From NCBI GenBank assembly GCA_964553745.1, contig CAZKLD010000004.1:32945-96944 (forward strand): 64,000 bases of DNA, written 5' to 3'. The notes below the pieces were generated by a model. The model saw only the letters and a list, made by a program, of their open reading frames with translations, had not been told where the DNA came from and did no database searches. Position numbers and translations under genes: made by a program. Origin of the DNA: an uncultured Candidatus Peribacteria bacterium (GTDB lineage: Bacteria; Patescibacteriota; Gracilibacteria; BD1-5; UBA2023). This document shows, one piece after another, positions 32,567 to 44,250 of the stretch (positions are counted from its first letter, which is position 1; each line of letters starts with the position of its first letter).

Positions 32567-33412
32567 ATGCAGATCCCAATAAAAAAAGTATGATACGTGG
32601 CACTTATATGAAGGCCCAATTCCTGAAAATCAACTTTCATAAATGCCCTGATAGATGAGAAGGTCTCTATAGTTTCTCCGCGCCCCCAGACAACCCAGAA
32701 ATGCATAAGATGAATATTCAATGATGAGGATTCCCAGATCATCTTTTTCGACACGCCATGAGTCAATGAATGAAAAGAGGAGTTTTTTCAGCATCTTAAA
32801 TGAAACGTGATAGATTCTGTGAAGAATGCAGACCTGATCCTGAGATTCATAGATAGCTCTAGACAATCATGAGGAGAGGAAGATCTGATAACATCCATTT
32901 TGCAGAACGTAACAAAGAAAATAATCAACGTATATACAAAATCAGACATCACGACTATAAAGATCCCTCAAAATGAGCTAGTGATTTCTTCTGTTGATAA
33001 GAAATGATTCGAAGAATTACTGGTTGAAGTGAAGAAACATTTGCCCACTTGACCGCTCTATTATGATGAGGATTATTATACCGATCAGGATACCGAAACC
33101 AGAATAGCAGAAATCATAAGGGAAAAGATATTCCTTAATTTCAAAGAAGAAATCCCTCATTCAGTTTTTGTCGAGATTGGCGAAATAGAGGATAAACCCG
33201 AAATATTGCGCATACAAGCCTATATCTATACAGAATCAGATTCGCAGAAAATCATAATCATAGGTAAAGGTGGACAGGCCTTGACTACAATCGGCACAGA
33301 AGCCAGGAAGGATCTTGAAGAGATTTTCGATAAGAAAATCTTCCTTTCTCTCCGTGTGAAATCTCTTCCCAAGTGGAAAAAGAACAAGAAATTATTATCT
33401 AAGCTTTACTAG
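32567..33412 (+). CDS. era: GTPase Era
   Basis: P-loop GYVALIGRPNSGKSTFIN (glycines at 32609-32611 and 32624-32626 are TGA), DTPG, TKSD, and the C-terminal KH domain IIIGKGGQALTTIGTEARKDLE. Confidence 0.93.
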
Positions 33413-33781
33413 ATGCTAAAGATTTCTGCACAAAGCGAGTACGCACTGATCCTCATAAGATATCTCCTCAAATCCACAGTTTCGCAGAAGATAAGCGATA
33501 TCTCGGCAAAGACGACCATAAAAGAGCCAATGCTCAGAAAGATAGTAAATAAGCTTGAGAATAAGCAGATTTTAAGCTCTATCAAGTGACGCAACTGATG
33601 AATACTCCTAAAACAGCGCGAAATAAGCGTGTATGAAGCCCTGGATGCAATGTGAGAAGATTTGAATGTTGCAATCTGCTCAGGCAAAAAATGCAGCAAG
33701 AACGATTCTTGCGGGATTGCCCCCATTATCAGCAATCTCCAGAGATGACTCGACGCTGTCCTGAAAATAACCAAAATATAA
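33413..33781 (+). CDS. Rrf2-family transcriptional regulator with three-Cys cluster
   Basis: MLKISAQSEYALILIRYL... wHTH, then CSGKKCSKNDSC. The ATG directly follows the era stop (TAGATG). Confidence 0.8.
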
Positions 33782-34404
33782 TGAAAGAATACGATAATTT
33801 CTCTGAAACATTCGCAAAATCTAGAAAAAATATGCATTGGCCGGAAATAGAATATTTTCTCGATGTCTTAGGGCAGCCAGGTAAAGTGAATGTTTTAGAT
33901 ATCTGATGCGGAAGCTGAAGGCTATTGCCATATCTGGGAAAAGCATTGCCGGATTTCTGATATCTCTGAATAGACTCATCTTCCTGAATGATAAATGAAG
34001 CGAAAAAAGAACATCCTAGTTATGAATTCCAAACCCTTGATATGACAGAACTGGACAAGATAAAGACAAAGTTTGACAGGGTTTTCTTTATTGCCTCATT
34101 CCATCATCTTGATACTCCAGAAAAAAGGCTTGATACCTTAATCAAGCTGAAAAACATCCTTTCTCCAGATTGAATAGCCTATATGACGAATTGGAATTTG
34201 CTGTGAGATAGGAATTTCAGTAAATATATGAATGCCCACAGGTGAAATTGAGATTTCGATATAAAGATATGAAAGCATTCAAGATACTACCACTCTTTTT
34301 CTGAGGCTGAGCTTGGTAATCTGTTTTCTCTATCGGGTTTCACCGTCATAGAGAATAGGGTTTTCGAATGAGGGAACAACCTGATTTCAATCATAAAGGC
34401 ATAA
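33781..34404 (+). CDS. class I SAM-dependent methyltransferase
   Basis: VLDIGCGSGRLL motif I, then VFFIASFHHL. The ATG overlaps the Rrf2 stop by 1 nt. Confidence 0.8.
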
Positions 34405-34477
34405 AAAATATAATTCACATAAAAACACAGAAAAGTCCAATCCAAAATCGGGCTTTTTTTGTTTTTCTCGACCATTT

Positions 34478-34846
34478 ATGGTAAATTGGAAGCAGAAAAT
34501 AAAAATAAATATATTAATGAAAGAAAAAGTTAAAGAGCTTCTGATTCAAAAACAAGATTCCAATTCTGTCGCAAGGAATATGTTGGAATACATTGAATAT
34601 TTCACTGAACAGGAGATTTCCGACATCTATATCCTTATTTCCGATAAGGAACTTGAACAGAGGAAGGAGATACTTCTCAGGAATCTTTCTGAATATGAGA
34701 ATACAATCGAAGAGATAGTCAAAATCGGCCTCAAATTCGAAAGGCTGAAGACTATAATGATGTATGAAGCAGTGAAGAAACAGAGCAAGGAATCCCTTGC
34801 AAATCTGAAATCCTCACTGAATCTGACTCCCCACACAAATAATTAA
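34478..34846 (+). CDS. hypothetical coiled-coil protein, up to 122 aa, first gene of the ORFan island
   Basis: Track ORF with no TGA. An internal ATG giving MKEKVKELL is an alternative start. K/E-rich and helical. Confidence 0.6.
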   Translation: MVNWKQKIKINILMKEKVKELLIQKQDSNSVARNMLEYIEYFTEQEISDIYILISDKELEQRKEILLRNLSEYENTIEEIVKIGLKFERLKTIMMYEAVKKQSKESLANLKSSLNLTPHTNN

Positions 34847-34857
34847 CAAAAACAAAA

Positions 34858-37800
34858 ATGGCTGAGATAAGAAATGAGATCCTAGACCTTTCTACTGATA
34901 ATGGTCTGAAAAAGCTTAATACTATCTTCGATTTTGCAAAAGCAAAACTCCAGAAGGTCGAATCGAAAATATGAGATTTTTTGAGATCCCATGGCTTCGA
35001 TAAGCATTTATCAAAGAACTATGACGGGAAATTGGACAAGTCTTCGGACACACAATCTGAGATAATCTTCAATAAGCAGATTCTCCCGCTTCTTAATGAT
35101 TTCAAAAGAAACAGACATGTTTTATCAAAGAAAGAATTAATAATCAAGTTATCCTGAATCATAGAGCAGGCCGAGCTTCAAGAGAAATTCTCACTTAGCC
35201 AATCGCAAGGCAAGGACATGTCCGCAATGCATACGGAAAGCAGAAAACAGATAGAGAATGAACTTCTGAAATGAATAGACAATGAATTCCATGCAAAGAA
35301 GCTTGATGTTGTTACTGATCAGAATTTCGAGAAATCAAAAGAGGCTGAACTGAAGTGAATGCTTCTTGCATTGAGCGCATGAACATTATCGTCGGCTCAA
35401 TTTGAAAGCAGATATTTCGCAATCATAAAAGAAACGTGAAAAATAGGCTGAATGCCGATGCAAGCTAGGTTGCTTGAGAGATTCTGAAGCATTGCAAAGC
35501 CGATGATGTCAAGCTGAGCAGCTCCACTGCTCCTTATGATTTCCAAAAAAACAAGGAAAATACTCCCATGATTGCCGCTTCTTATATGAGGCTGAATATA
35601 TGCCAGCCTTTTCTTTACCCTCAGATCAAAAGACATATCCGCATGAACCAAGGCTACAGAAGTGAGCAAGACTGTCTGAGAGACTATTCTGAATATCGCA
35701 CCGATAACAGGAACGATAATGTCCGCTAAGGATACAATACATGCTTTCCGCAGATGAGATAAGGCAGACGCTATTGCATGCTGAATCGGTACTCTGGTGA
35801 GCTGAGTTTTCGATTGATTTACCATAGTGTTGGTTGCCAGCTGAGTGGGTATCCCATGAGCCGTAGCTCTGAGTTCTGTCAAGAATGCGGTCATAAGATG
35901 AGTTGTTAAGCTCTGAGTCAAGCCATTGTCTAAAATTGTGGCAAAAGAAGCCGCGGAGAAGATTGCCGCGGAGGCTGCATCCCAGACTTGAAGACAGATA
36001 ATAAAGGAAATATGAAAATCCTCGACTGAATTCCTTGTCCAGAATTCCAAAGTCGCATGGAAATGAATGAGGCATAATACAAGAAAGATGATACTCTGAA
36101 AAAAAGAATGATGAGAATTGGTCAGCAGATGATTGGTTCATGAAACCATGGACTGAGTGAAACAGATATTCACTTTCAAACACGCGAGAGACTTGGTTAT
36201 GGGAAAGTACCATATGCGCCAGTATAAGAAAAATCCTGAAGCCCTGAAGAGTAAGAATTTCAAGAAATATAAGGAAATGGAGGAGCTGGCAAAAGAGAAA
36301 GATGCCTCTATCAGATCTCGATCGATTACCGAATCCAAAATCGCAGAGCATAATATGTCACAGAATAAAGAGCTTGAAGACTGAGTCTTGAAGCTCAATG
36401 AAAATGATTCCGAGAGTTCAGTCTCTGGTATGGTGCATGATGCTAGATATGATTCTGATATGAATAAGGATTTGAATTCGCATCTTAATGCAGAATTTAG
36501 ATCAGAAACCGATAATTTAGCTAAGGAACTCGATGCGAAGAGACACGAAAGGAAGCTTAAATTTGAATCGTACATAGCGGCAATTGAGTCAGAATGCACA
36601 GTAAAATGAACCGAGAACATAATCTCAAAACTTGATTTTGAGATAAATGGGCTTATTAAAGATTGAGTTGAAATACAAAATCTAGAATCAAGCTTCAAAC
36701 GAGCATGAGATTGGTTTAGGTGAACATTGGATAAGATTGCAAGATGAGAAAAGCTAAATAAGTGATACAGGGATCCGGAATATTATGCAAACAATCTGTA
36801 CAAGTTAAAAAGCTGATTGGAATTGAGTAGGAAATTGAAAGCTGACAGATTCGAAAAAGTTGAGAAGCTACTGGATTCTCTAGAAAGGAGATCCTACAAT
36901 AATGAGACTACCGACCACCAAAAATTCTTCTATTCAAAAGTAGAAGAAATCATAAAGAACAGACAGCTCTGAGCCGATGTGAAGAAGCTCATCCTTGAGC
37001 ATCTGACCCCGCAGCACATAAACGAATCGCTTGTGAAGAATAATGTCCTGCCCAAACTCATACAGGAAATATTGTCTAGCAATATTAGCATTACCGAAAA
37101 AGTTGATTTCCTCACATTCCTGAAAACAGAGAAAAATGTGAATAATATCTGACGAGGACAAACTCTCTATAAATTTGCTCAAGACGAGCTCAATGTCATA
37201 ATTAAAGAAATAAAAGGATTCGGTTCAGAATGAGCTTCAGATGCGGGCATATTATCTTTTCAGGAAAATTTCCGTGAATATGACAAGCTTATAAGATGAT
37301 TCGATCATGATCTGAAGATGGACTTGTCAGCTATCACTGGGGCGGTAACTGCACACTTCGGCAAGATGGAAGCTTCAGCAAAAGTTAGAACCATAGGCTT
37401 CCTGAAGAGGCAAAATATGCTTAATTATCATCTTGAGGACAAAACATTCTCTGATCAGGTTCTTGAACTTATAGTGAAGTGAATGAATGACAAGACCGAC
37501 ACAAGAAGTATCCGCTGAGCCTTGAATATGTGATCTTACCTAGAATGAACGAAGTTCAGCGAAGTCTGACAACTCTATAGCAGGACTCTTCTGAATAAGA
37601 ATGCATGAAAAGGGTTGGAATCCGAATGATTATGGTCCACGCGTGATTTTAAATCAATGATAAGAGAATCAGTCGATGATCCGAGAATATTGGCGCTTAA
37701 ACATAGGAATGAAAATGAATGAAATGAAAAATTATTCCAAAAAAATACCGATATCATGTGACCGAATTCAGGCATTAAATTATTGGAAAGCATAACAAAA

Positions 37801-40800
37801 GAGGTATTGAAATGAGATACCAGAAGCATCCTAGGCTACTTATATGAAATATCAAAAGAACCTAAGACTACATTTACGATGAGCGCGCATAATGCTGTCC
37901 TAAAGGAATTTTTCCAAGAAATCAAGAACGGAAAAAGATCTGAAGAAGTTGTTAAATTCACAAAGGAAATTTGCGTATATATAAAGGATCAGAATGAGAA
38001 AATGACGCTTCCGTTTAAAGAAATGCAAGAATGCATCTTGGAATGTCTCAAAGCAAGCAGAAAGATATCAATGGATGAAAAAGTGGCTTTCACTAAGATT
38101 CTTGAGCTCATGCCTTTAAGTGAAAAGACGTATTTATCCTTAGGTTCAACAGAAAGGGCTATATTGGCAAAAAGGATGATGGAATTAATTCCAAATGAGG
38201 GTATGGAAAAGAATCAGACTGCCATAAATATACTGGATAATCTGATGACATGAAAAATAGACGATCCTGTTGATATGATGTATAAAATAGCATGATTGAA
38301 TTATCTTCAGAGGAACAAACATGAATACGGTAAGAGATTCCAGAGCATCTTGAGCAAGAGAAAAATTTGAGAAGGCTGAGAGACTATACGCGAAATGGCA
38401 GAGAGATTGATGGAAAACAAAAGATCTCTTTTGCAAGAACTTTTCGCATTAAATCAAAATCAGATTGGTACAGGCTGAAAAGAAAAGACTCTCCTTTGAT
38501 TAGATTTGGAGATTACGAAAGATTGAGAATTCTTCCTGACTCAGAATTGATGATGAAACAGGATTGAAATCGACGTGTGATCAAAGCTCAATGCAAGCTA
38601 TGATTATATAGAATTGGCCTTGACAAAATCACCAATCATAAACTCATGAGAAAAGGAGAACATCCTTATCATATCTAAAATCCTAGAAAAATATTGAAAT
38701 ACTTGATTGCTGGAAAAATTCGAACACGCATGAAGCCATGTCAATCTCTCGAATATTTCAGAAGTGCTGAATAATTCTAAGAATCTAGAAAATATGCCAC
38801 AAGAGCTTATAATAAAATTTTTGAGGGAATTTGAGGCGAAACCTTGAGATGTGGAGCTATGAGATAGATTTGTCTCTCAGATGGTAATAATCAGGAAGTT
38901 CCTTAAAGAAAAAGGAAAAGAGGAGCATTATTGAAGAACAATCGAATACATAGAGGACCTGATGTCAAGAAAGGAAGTTCATCTGCTTGATCACCAATTA
39001 TCACTAATCGCGAATCTCTGAGTCAATAAGACGGTTCAAAAGAAAGCATATAAGGAATTCCTCAATAATAGAGTAAATACTGCAGAGGAACTAGAAGGGC
39101 TATTGACACATCCGTTATTCAAGAGGATACAGGATGATGCATGAGTTGATTTCAAGTACTCAAACCATAATATAGCAGAAATAATCTTGAAGGTCTTGAG
39201 TGCCGAAAAAATAAGCGCGGAGCAATTCAATAGATTATTCATCCTTGCTGAACTCATAAAGAATAAATCAGTTTTCTATGTTGAAACAGATTGAAGCAAG
39301 GACACTATAAAAGTGCTTAAAGAGGCTTTCTTCAAAATAGCCGATCATAAAGATCCGATGAGCCAATCCATGATTGATAAGCTGTTCGAAATCAAAGAAC
39401 TCTTAAAGGATAGAGATGTTCTTAATTACTTTGAGGCAAGGCTTAAAAATGCTCCTAGCTGATCTCTCGAAGCGACAACTCTCATGAACAGATTTTTTGA
39501 CTGAATATATAAGCATTATAAAGCTTCCTCAGAGATTGGCTTTAATGTCCATGATAAGGCCGTATTCGATAGGATTCAAAAGGCTGTGACCAAACATCTG
39601 TTGTCATTGAATATAAAATGAGGCAAGATGACATGAGAAGAATTTGAAAAGAGACTAGATTTGAAGACTAAGGAACTCCTGTATGGGAACAAAATCGAGA
39701 TAGCATGAATCGAAAACTGAAAAGTGATTTATAGGGATTCCAAGACTTGAGAAAAGCTAGAAAACCTAGAGAGCATCCAACTTTTAAGAACTGAAAAAAT
39801 CATTAAAGGCATAGAAAAACATCTTGTCATTGCCGTTCGTGCTGCAATGAATGAGAATTCCGAAGGGAAAGGCTGATCGGATTTGAATGCTGATATTCTG
39901 AAAAAACTGTCTCCGAACGTCATTGATGAACTGAATAACCTGAAAATTGAAGTCAAGGCAGATATCAAGCTTATTGAGATTGCAGAATTCCAGAGTAAAT
40001 TTATAAGAGCCTCATCTGACACTGAGAAATACAGAATCTTGAATGAATATAAAGAAAGGCTTTGAGACCATGGAGTGGAAATAAGGGCAGCCAATAAATG
40101 ATGAAGGATAAGCCTTCAGTATCTGGATTCAGATGGTGGGGCAATTGATATGACAAGGCTCGTTGGGCTTGTTGATAAGGCTACATGAAAAAATATTGAG
40201 TCCACTTCATTAGCGGGGAATATGAATATTATCGATTCCATATTGAGTTGATCTAAGGCTTGATTGTGATGGTTGAGATGAATCGTATGATGATCAAAAG
40301 AGTTATTAGACGAAAATCTTGCGTGAAAAGAAAAAATATGACATAATGTAAGCAGGCTTGCCTTCAATGAAGTGATGAGCACCAAGAAAGCAAAAATAAT
40401 CATACCTTTAGCAATAACTTTTTGACTAATGACAGCCAAACAAGCACAGGCGATGAACCAATCCGTTCTGGATGATGCAGAAATTGCAGCCCAGGATGCA
40501 CTTAAAGTGAATGCCGAATATCAGAAAGCCGTCAAGGAGGGCAATCTAGGGCTTAAGAAAGAGATTGAAGAAGAGACCATCCGCAAGATGACAATCCTCA
40601 AGGCCCAATCATTGTTCAATGACATGCAGATGCAGGTTGATAGGAAAATTGATGAGATTGTGGATAAGTCTCTTGCTAAAACTAATGATATCATAGTGAC
40701 ACCATTACAGAAGGATAAGATTAGAGAATTATTCAAAGAGGAAATGTACAAATATATGATTGAGAACAATGATACTGGAACTAGATTTGAATCACCTTAT

Positions 40801-40992
40801 GAGAATTCAAAAAAATCCTGACTTCCAGCTGAGAAGATAATATCAAATGCATTAAAATGAAATGAGTTGCTTGAGAATGAAATCAGAGATATCTTGAATA
40901 ATATAAACAGCAGAATTAGTACTCCTATTGATAATGAATGAATCAGAAGATTAAAATTCATTATATGGTCAGAATTTAATTCCTTAAAATAA
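34858..40992 (+). CDS. giant hypothetical protein, 2044 aa, with a glycine-zipper/hydrophobic module near the N-terminus
   Basis: Read line by line in frame 1: no TAA/TAG for 2044 codons in AT-rich DNA, from ATG 34858 to TAA 40990-40992. It joins track ORFs 36157, 36388, 37879, 39883 and 40429. Mostly K/E/N/L-rich helical sequence, with hydrophobic G/A/V/I stretches about 165-330 aa in and one near the C-terminus (KIIIPLAITFGLM). Confidence 0.8.
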
Positions 40993-41044
40993 TCGATACT
41001 ATCATAACAATGTGGTACGAATTTAATAAAATTAAATAAAAAAT

Positions 41045-44000
41045 ATGTTGCAACAAGAGCATATATCTCCCGAATCAGGAAGTGAGAAACTCATTAAAGA
41101 ACTTACTTTTGAGAAACTGAAAGATAGGATTATTAAGTCAAAAGATCATACTGAATTCTCCAAACACATAGATAATCTTAATGATATCCCAGAAGCAAAA
41201 GATAAACTGAAAAATATAATTAAGGATTATCTATCAAAGCTAGAATCATTTGATATAGACAATAAAGTATCAGTTACCTTGGTGCAGATATTGGCTAAGA
41301 CTTTCTGATTGCAGGTTTATGTAGATGGCCTGTATGGAAAGCAGACTCAGACAGCTATCGCAGATATCATGCAGCTCAATAAAGGTTTGGTTCCGCCCAT
41401 CATCAATTTGCCGATTATAAATGAGAAGAGACTTGCCAATTATAGGAAATGAAAAGATGAGGAAGAAGCTGTAATGAAATTAAGAAGTGAATTTGCAGAA
41501 TTCTCAAAAGATCCAAAAAAAATAGAATTATTTGAAAAAGAACTTAGGAGTTACAAAGTAGATATACAATCAGCACAGATTAAGCTAAAATGATCAGCTG
41601 CTGATATCGGTAAACCAGAATCAAGAGAGGCAACTGAAGCTCCAGAATCAATTGAATCAAGGATTGACAAGGCTGTAAAAAGAGTATTCAGATTATCAGC
41701 TGTAGAGGCCACATATAATAAGATAGAAAATAAGATATATCTCAGTGAGAATGAAAACCCAAAATATCCTGTAATCATTGATATATGAGCATTATGACTT
41801 GATGCTAGTAGCTCAAAATTCTCTCAAGAGCTTGAATTAAAATTGAAATTGCATCAGAATTCACTTGATGATTTTAAGATGCCCGAATGGGCAATCGAGA
41901 AGAGGTGAGATAGGTTCTCAGCAGCAGAAAGGATTGAAAAATGGGAAAAACAAATCCCGCTTGATATTGATACTCTAACAAAAATCCAGAAACTTAAAAA
42001 TATTATCATAAAAATCAATGAGCTTAAGGTGGAATCAAAATACAAGATTAATCTTATTGATAAATATATGTATGAATGATGAGATACAACTGGGCGAGTC
42101 CTGGAGGCTATCGCCTTAATAGAATTCAAAAATAATATCTTAGCTTCTTATCCACCTAAACAAAGGGACCTTATTAATAATAGAATCCTTGATCCTATTT
42201 TAAATGATTTCACAACCTTTATAACTAATAAGCAGCAGTTTATTGATGCAATTTTTATGATATCCTGATGAGATATAAGCAAAAAGGAACTTGATTTAAA
42301 TCATATTAATAATATTTCATATTTATTTGATATCAATGAGTCTTTATGCTGAAAAATTAGAGATCATTTTTTAGTAGATGAAAATAAAAAATGGAAATTA
42401 TCAGAAAGGCTGAATAATCTTCAATTTATCAAAGAATATTCTAAATTTGATTACAACTCGGTCAATCCCAATAAAGATCCAAAGTTATCGAAATTTTTAG
42501 CCGAAATTAAAGATTGACTAGATAAGTGTATTATAAAAGCGGATTTAGTAGAAGCAAAATTGATTTTTACAGACATCAAAAATGGCAAGTTAATAAGTTT
42601 GATAAATGATATCGATGATTCAAAACTTAAATCTATGGTTTTAAAACAGATTTGAACCTGATTGGCATGATGAAAATTTTCATATGATCATCTAAATGCT
42701 ATGATAAAAGAATCAAAAGAAATTAAACAATATTTAGATGAATCTGATTTTAAGAATATTGATAAAAATAAATCTAAAAGAATCTTGCCAAATATACTTT
42801 GTTGATTAATTGATGCACGGAAATTAGAGTCTTTTAAGCAGCTTGACTTAAGAATTACGAGTATTTTAAATTGATGAGTATCATATCCAAACATTGATTA
42901 TATAAAAGAAGAAATAGATAATATTTTTTGAGAAATTATAGATTGACGAATAGATATAGATAAGGTTTTAAATAATATTGAGACAGTTGCAAAATTTAGA
43001 GATTATAATCAGAATAAGGAAATTTATAGGTTTTTAATCAATGATTTATTTAAAAATGGCAATTTTAAAGTTTATGAAACTGAGATAAATGCAATGCAAA
43101 GAAATATAAAATCTCTTAAGGAAGATAAATCTTTAACTGTCATTTCACCCGAAAAGAAATATGAATTATTGCTTGGTTCATCCATGGGATTAGTTCAAAA
43201 AGAATGATTTGATAATATTGTTGCTAGCTTGCATGACTTGCAGAAACAATTTGATACTTGAAAAATTACAATAGAAGATGCAAAAGTTATTGTTGAATCC
43301 CTTATCTCCAACAATGATTCTATTACATGAGACGTGCAATGAGAGCTGACTTATGAATGCCCAAATCTTCCGGAGAAAAAACAGAAGGCTTTCGATGAGT
43401 CACTTAAAAATCTTAAAGATGCAAAAAAGAAATTAGAGGATCTGTCTAATAAAGATGCGAGTGATTTGACTAATGAGGACAAGGAAGATATAAGTTTCTT
43501 GAAGGATGTGATTAAGAAAATTCTTCTTGTATTTACCAAGGTATGAGCTAGAGAAATTTTTATAAAAGACAAAAAACTGTCTACACAAGATTATGAATTC
43601 ATAGCCAATGACTTCCTAGACAAAAACAGCCAGAAATATAAGATTCCAAGAGAGGCATTTGCAAATAAGGAAATCAGAGAAGAATATGAGAAGGCGATCA
43701 AGATATCTTTGTTGTCTTGAGAAATCAAAGAGAAGGATGTGAAATATATATTTTGAGAGCTTCTTAATATCAATAAAGGCACATTCAAAAAGTTCATGAC
43801 ATTGTCGACAGAAGATAAGCAAACATTGTTCCAGAATGTCATTACTGGCACATTGAGCAATCATACAAACGGCGACATGATGGGAAAGAAAAATCCTGGA
43901 CATTCATCGACACTTGAGTCAAAAGTGAATTTTATTCTGGATAATTATAATAATCTTGATAAATTCAATAATTTTCCGGAATGAGTCAATATAATAAGAT

Positions 44001-44197
44001 ATAAGGAAATAGTCCTTGCTATAAGAAGCAGTTTTCTTAGCTGATATATATCTACAACAGAAAAATTCAATGATCTTCTATCAGCATTCAATGCCAAGAA
44101 ATTAAGCAACCTTTCAAGCAATACTGGCAATTGATTTAAGGCATTTGCTGATTATTACACTGCACATATAGAGCTTAAGGATAAAGGCAAAGTATAA
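41045..44197 (+). CDS. giant hypothetical protein, 1050 aa, with an N-terminal peptidoglycan-binding-like motif
   Basis: Read line by line in frame 2: open from ATG 41045 to TAA 44195-44197, joining track ORFs 41045 and 43796. VDGLYGKQTQTAIADIMQLNKGL (41282-41400) resembles PG_binding_1. The rest is extremely K/N/D/I-rich. Confidence 0.8.
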
Positions 44198-44210
44198 ATC
44201 ATAAAACAAT

Positions 44211-44243
44211 AATCCCTGAGTTTAACTCAGGGATTTATTTGTT
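44211..44243. terminator. bidirectional terminator between convergent genes
   Basis: AATCCCTGAG-TTTAA-CTCAGGGATT followed by TATTTGTT. Confidence 0.7.
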
Positions 44244-44250
44244 GTCGATA

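Noticed and set aside
35397-36698. Three long minus-strand ORFs in the supplied track (217, 241 and 186 aa)
   Set aside because: They are antisense to the TGA-dense part of the 2044-aa plus-strand gene, where TGA reads TCA on the other strand and removes stops. They overlap one another in different frames, and their products are low-complexity S/F/L-rich with no motifs.
38367-38567. 66-aa plus-strand ORF in a different frame inside the giant gene
   Set aside because: Frame 1 stays open through this region and gives a protein-like sequence (…REMAERLMENKRSLLQELFALNQNQIG…). The alternative frame is short and bounded by stops.
34858-44197. The giant genes as a phage tail tape-measure protein or prophage remnant
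   Set aside because: The hydrophobic glycine-zipper segment plus long helices are reminiscent of tape-measure proteins. However, no capsid, terminase, portal, tail, integrase or repeat-flank features occur nearby, and the flanks are ordinary chromosomal genes. It is kept only as an idea for remote-homology testing.
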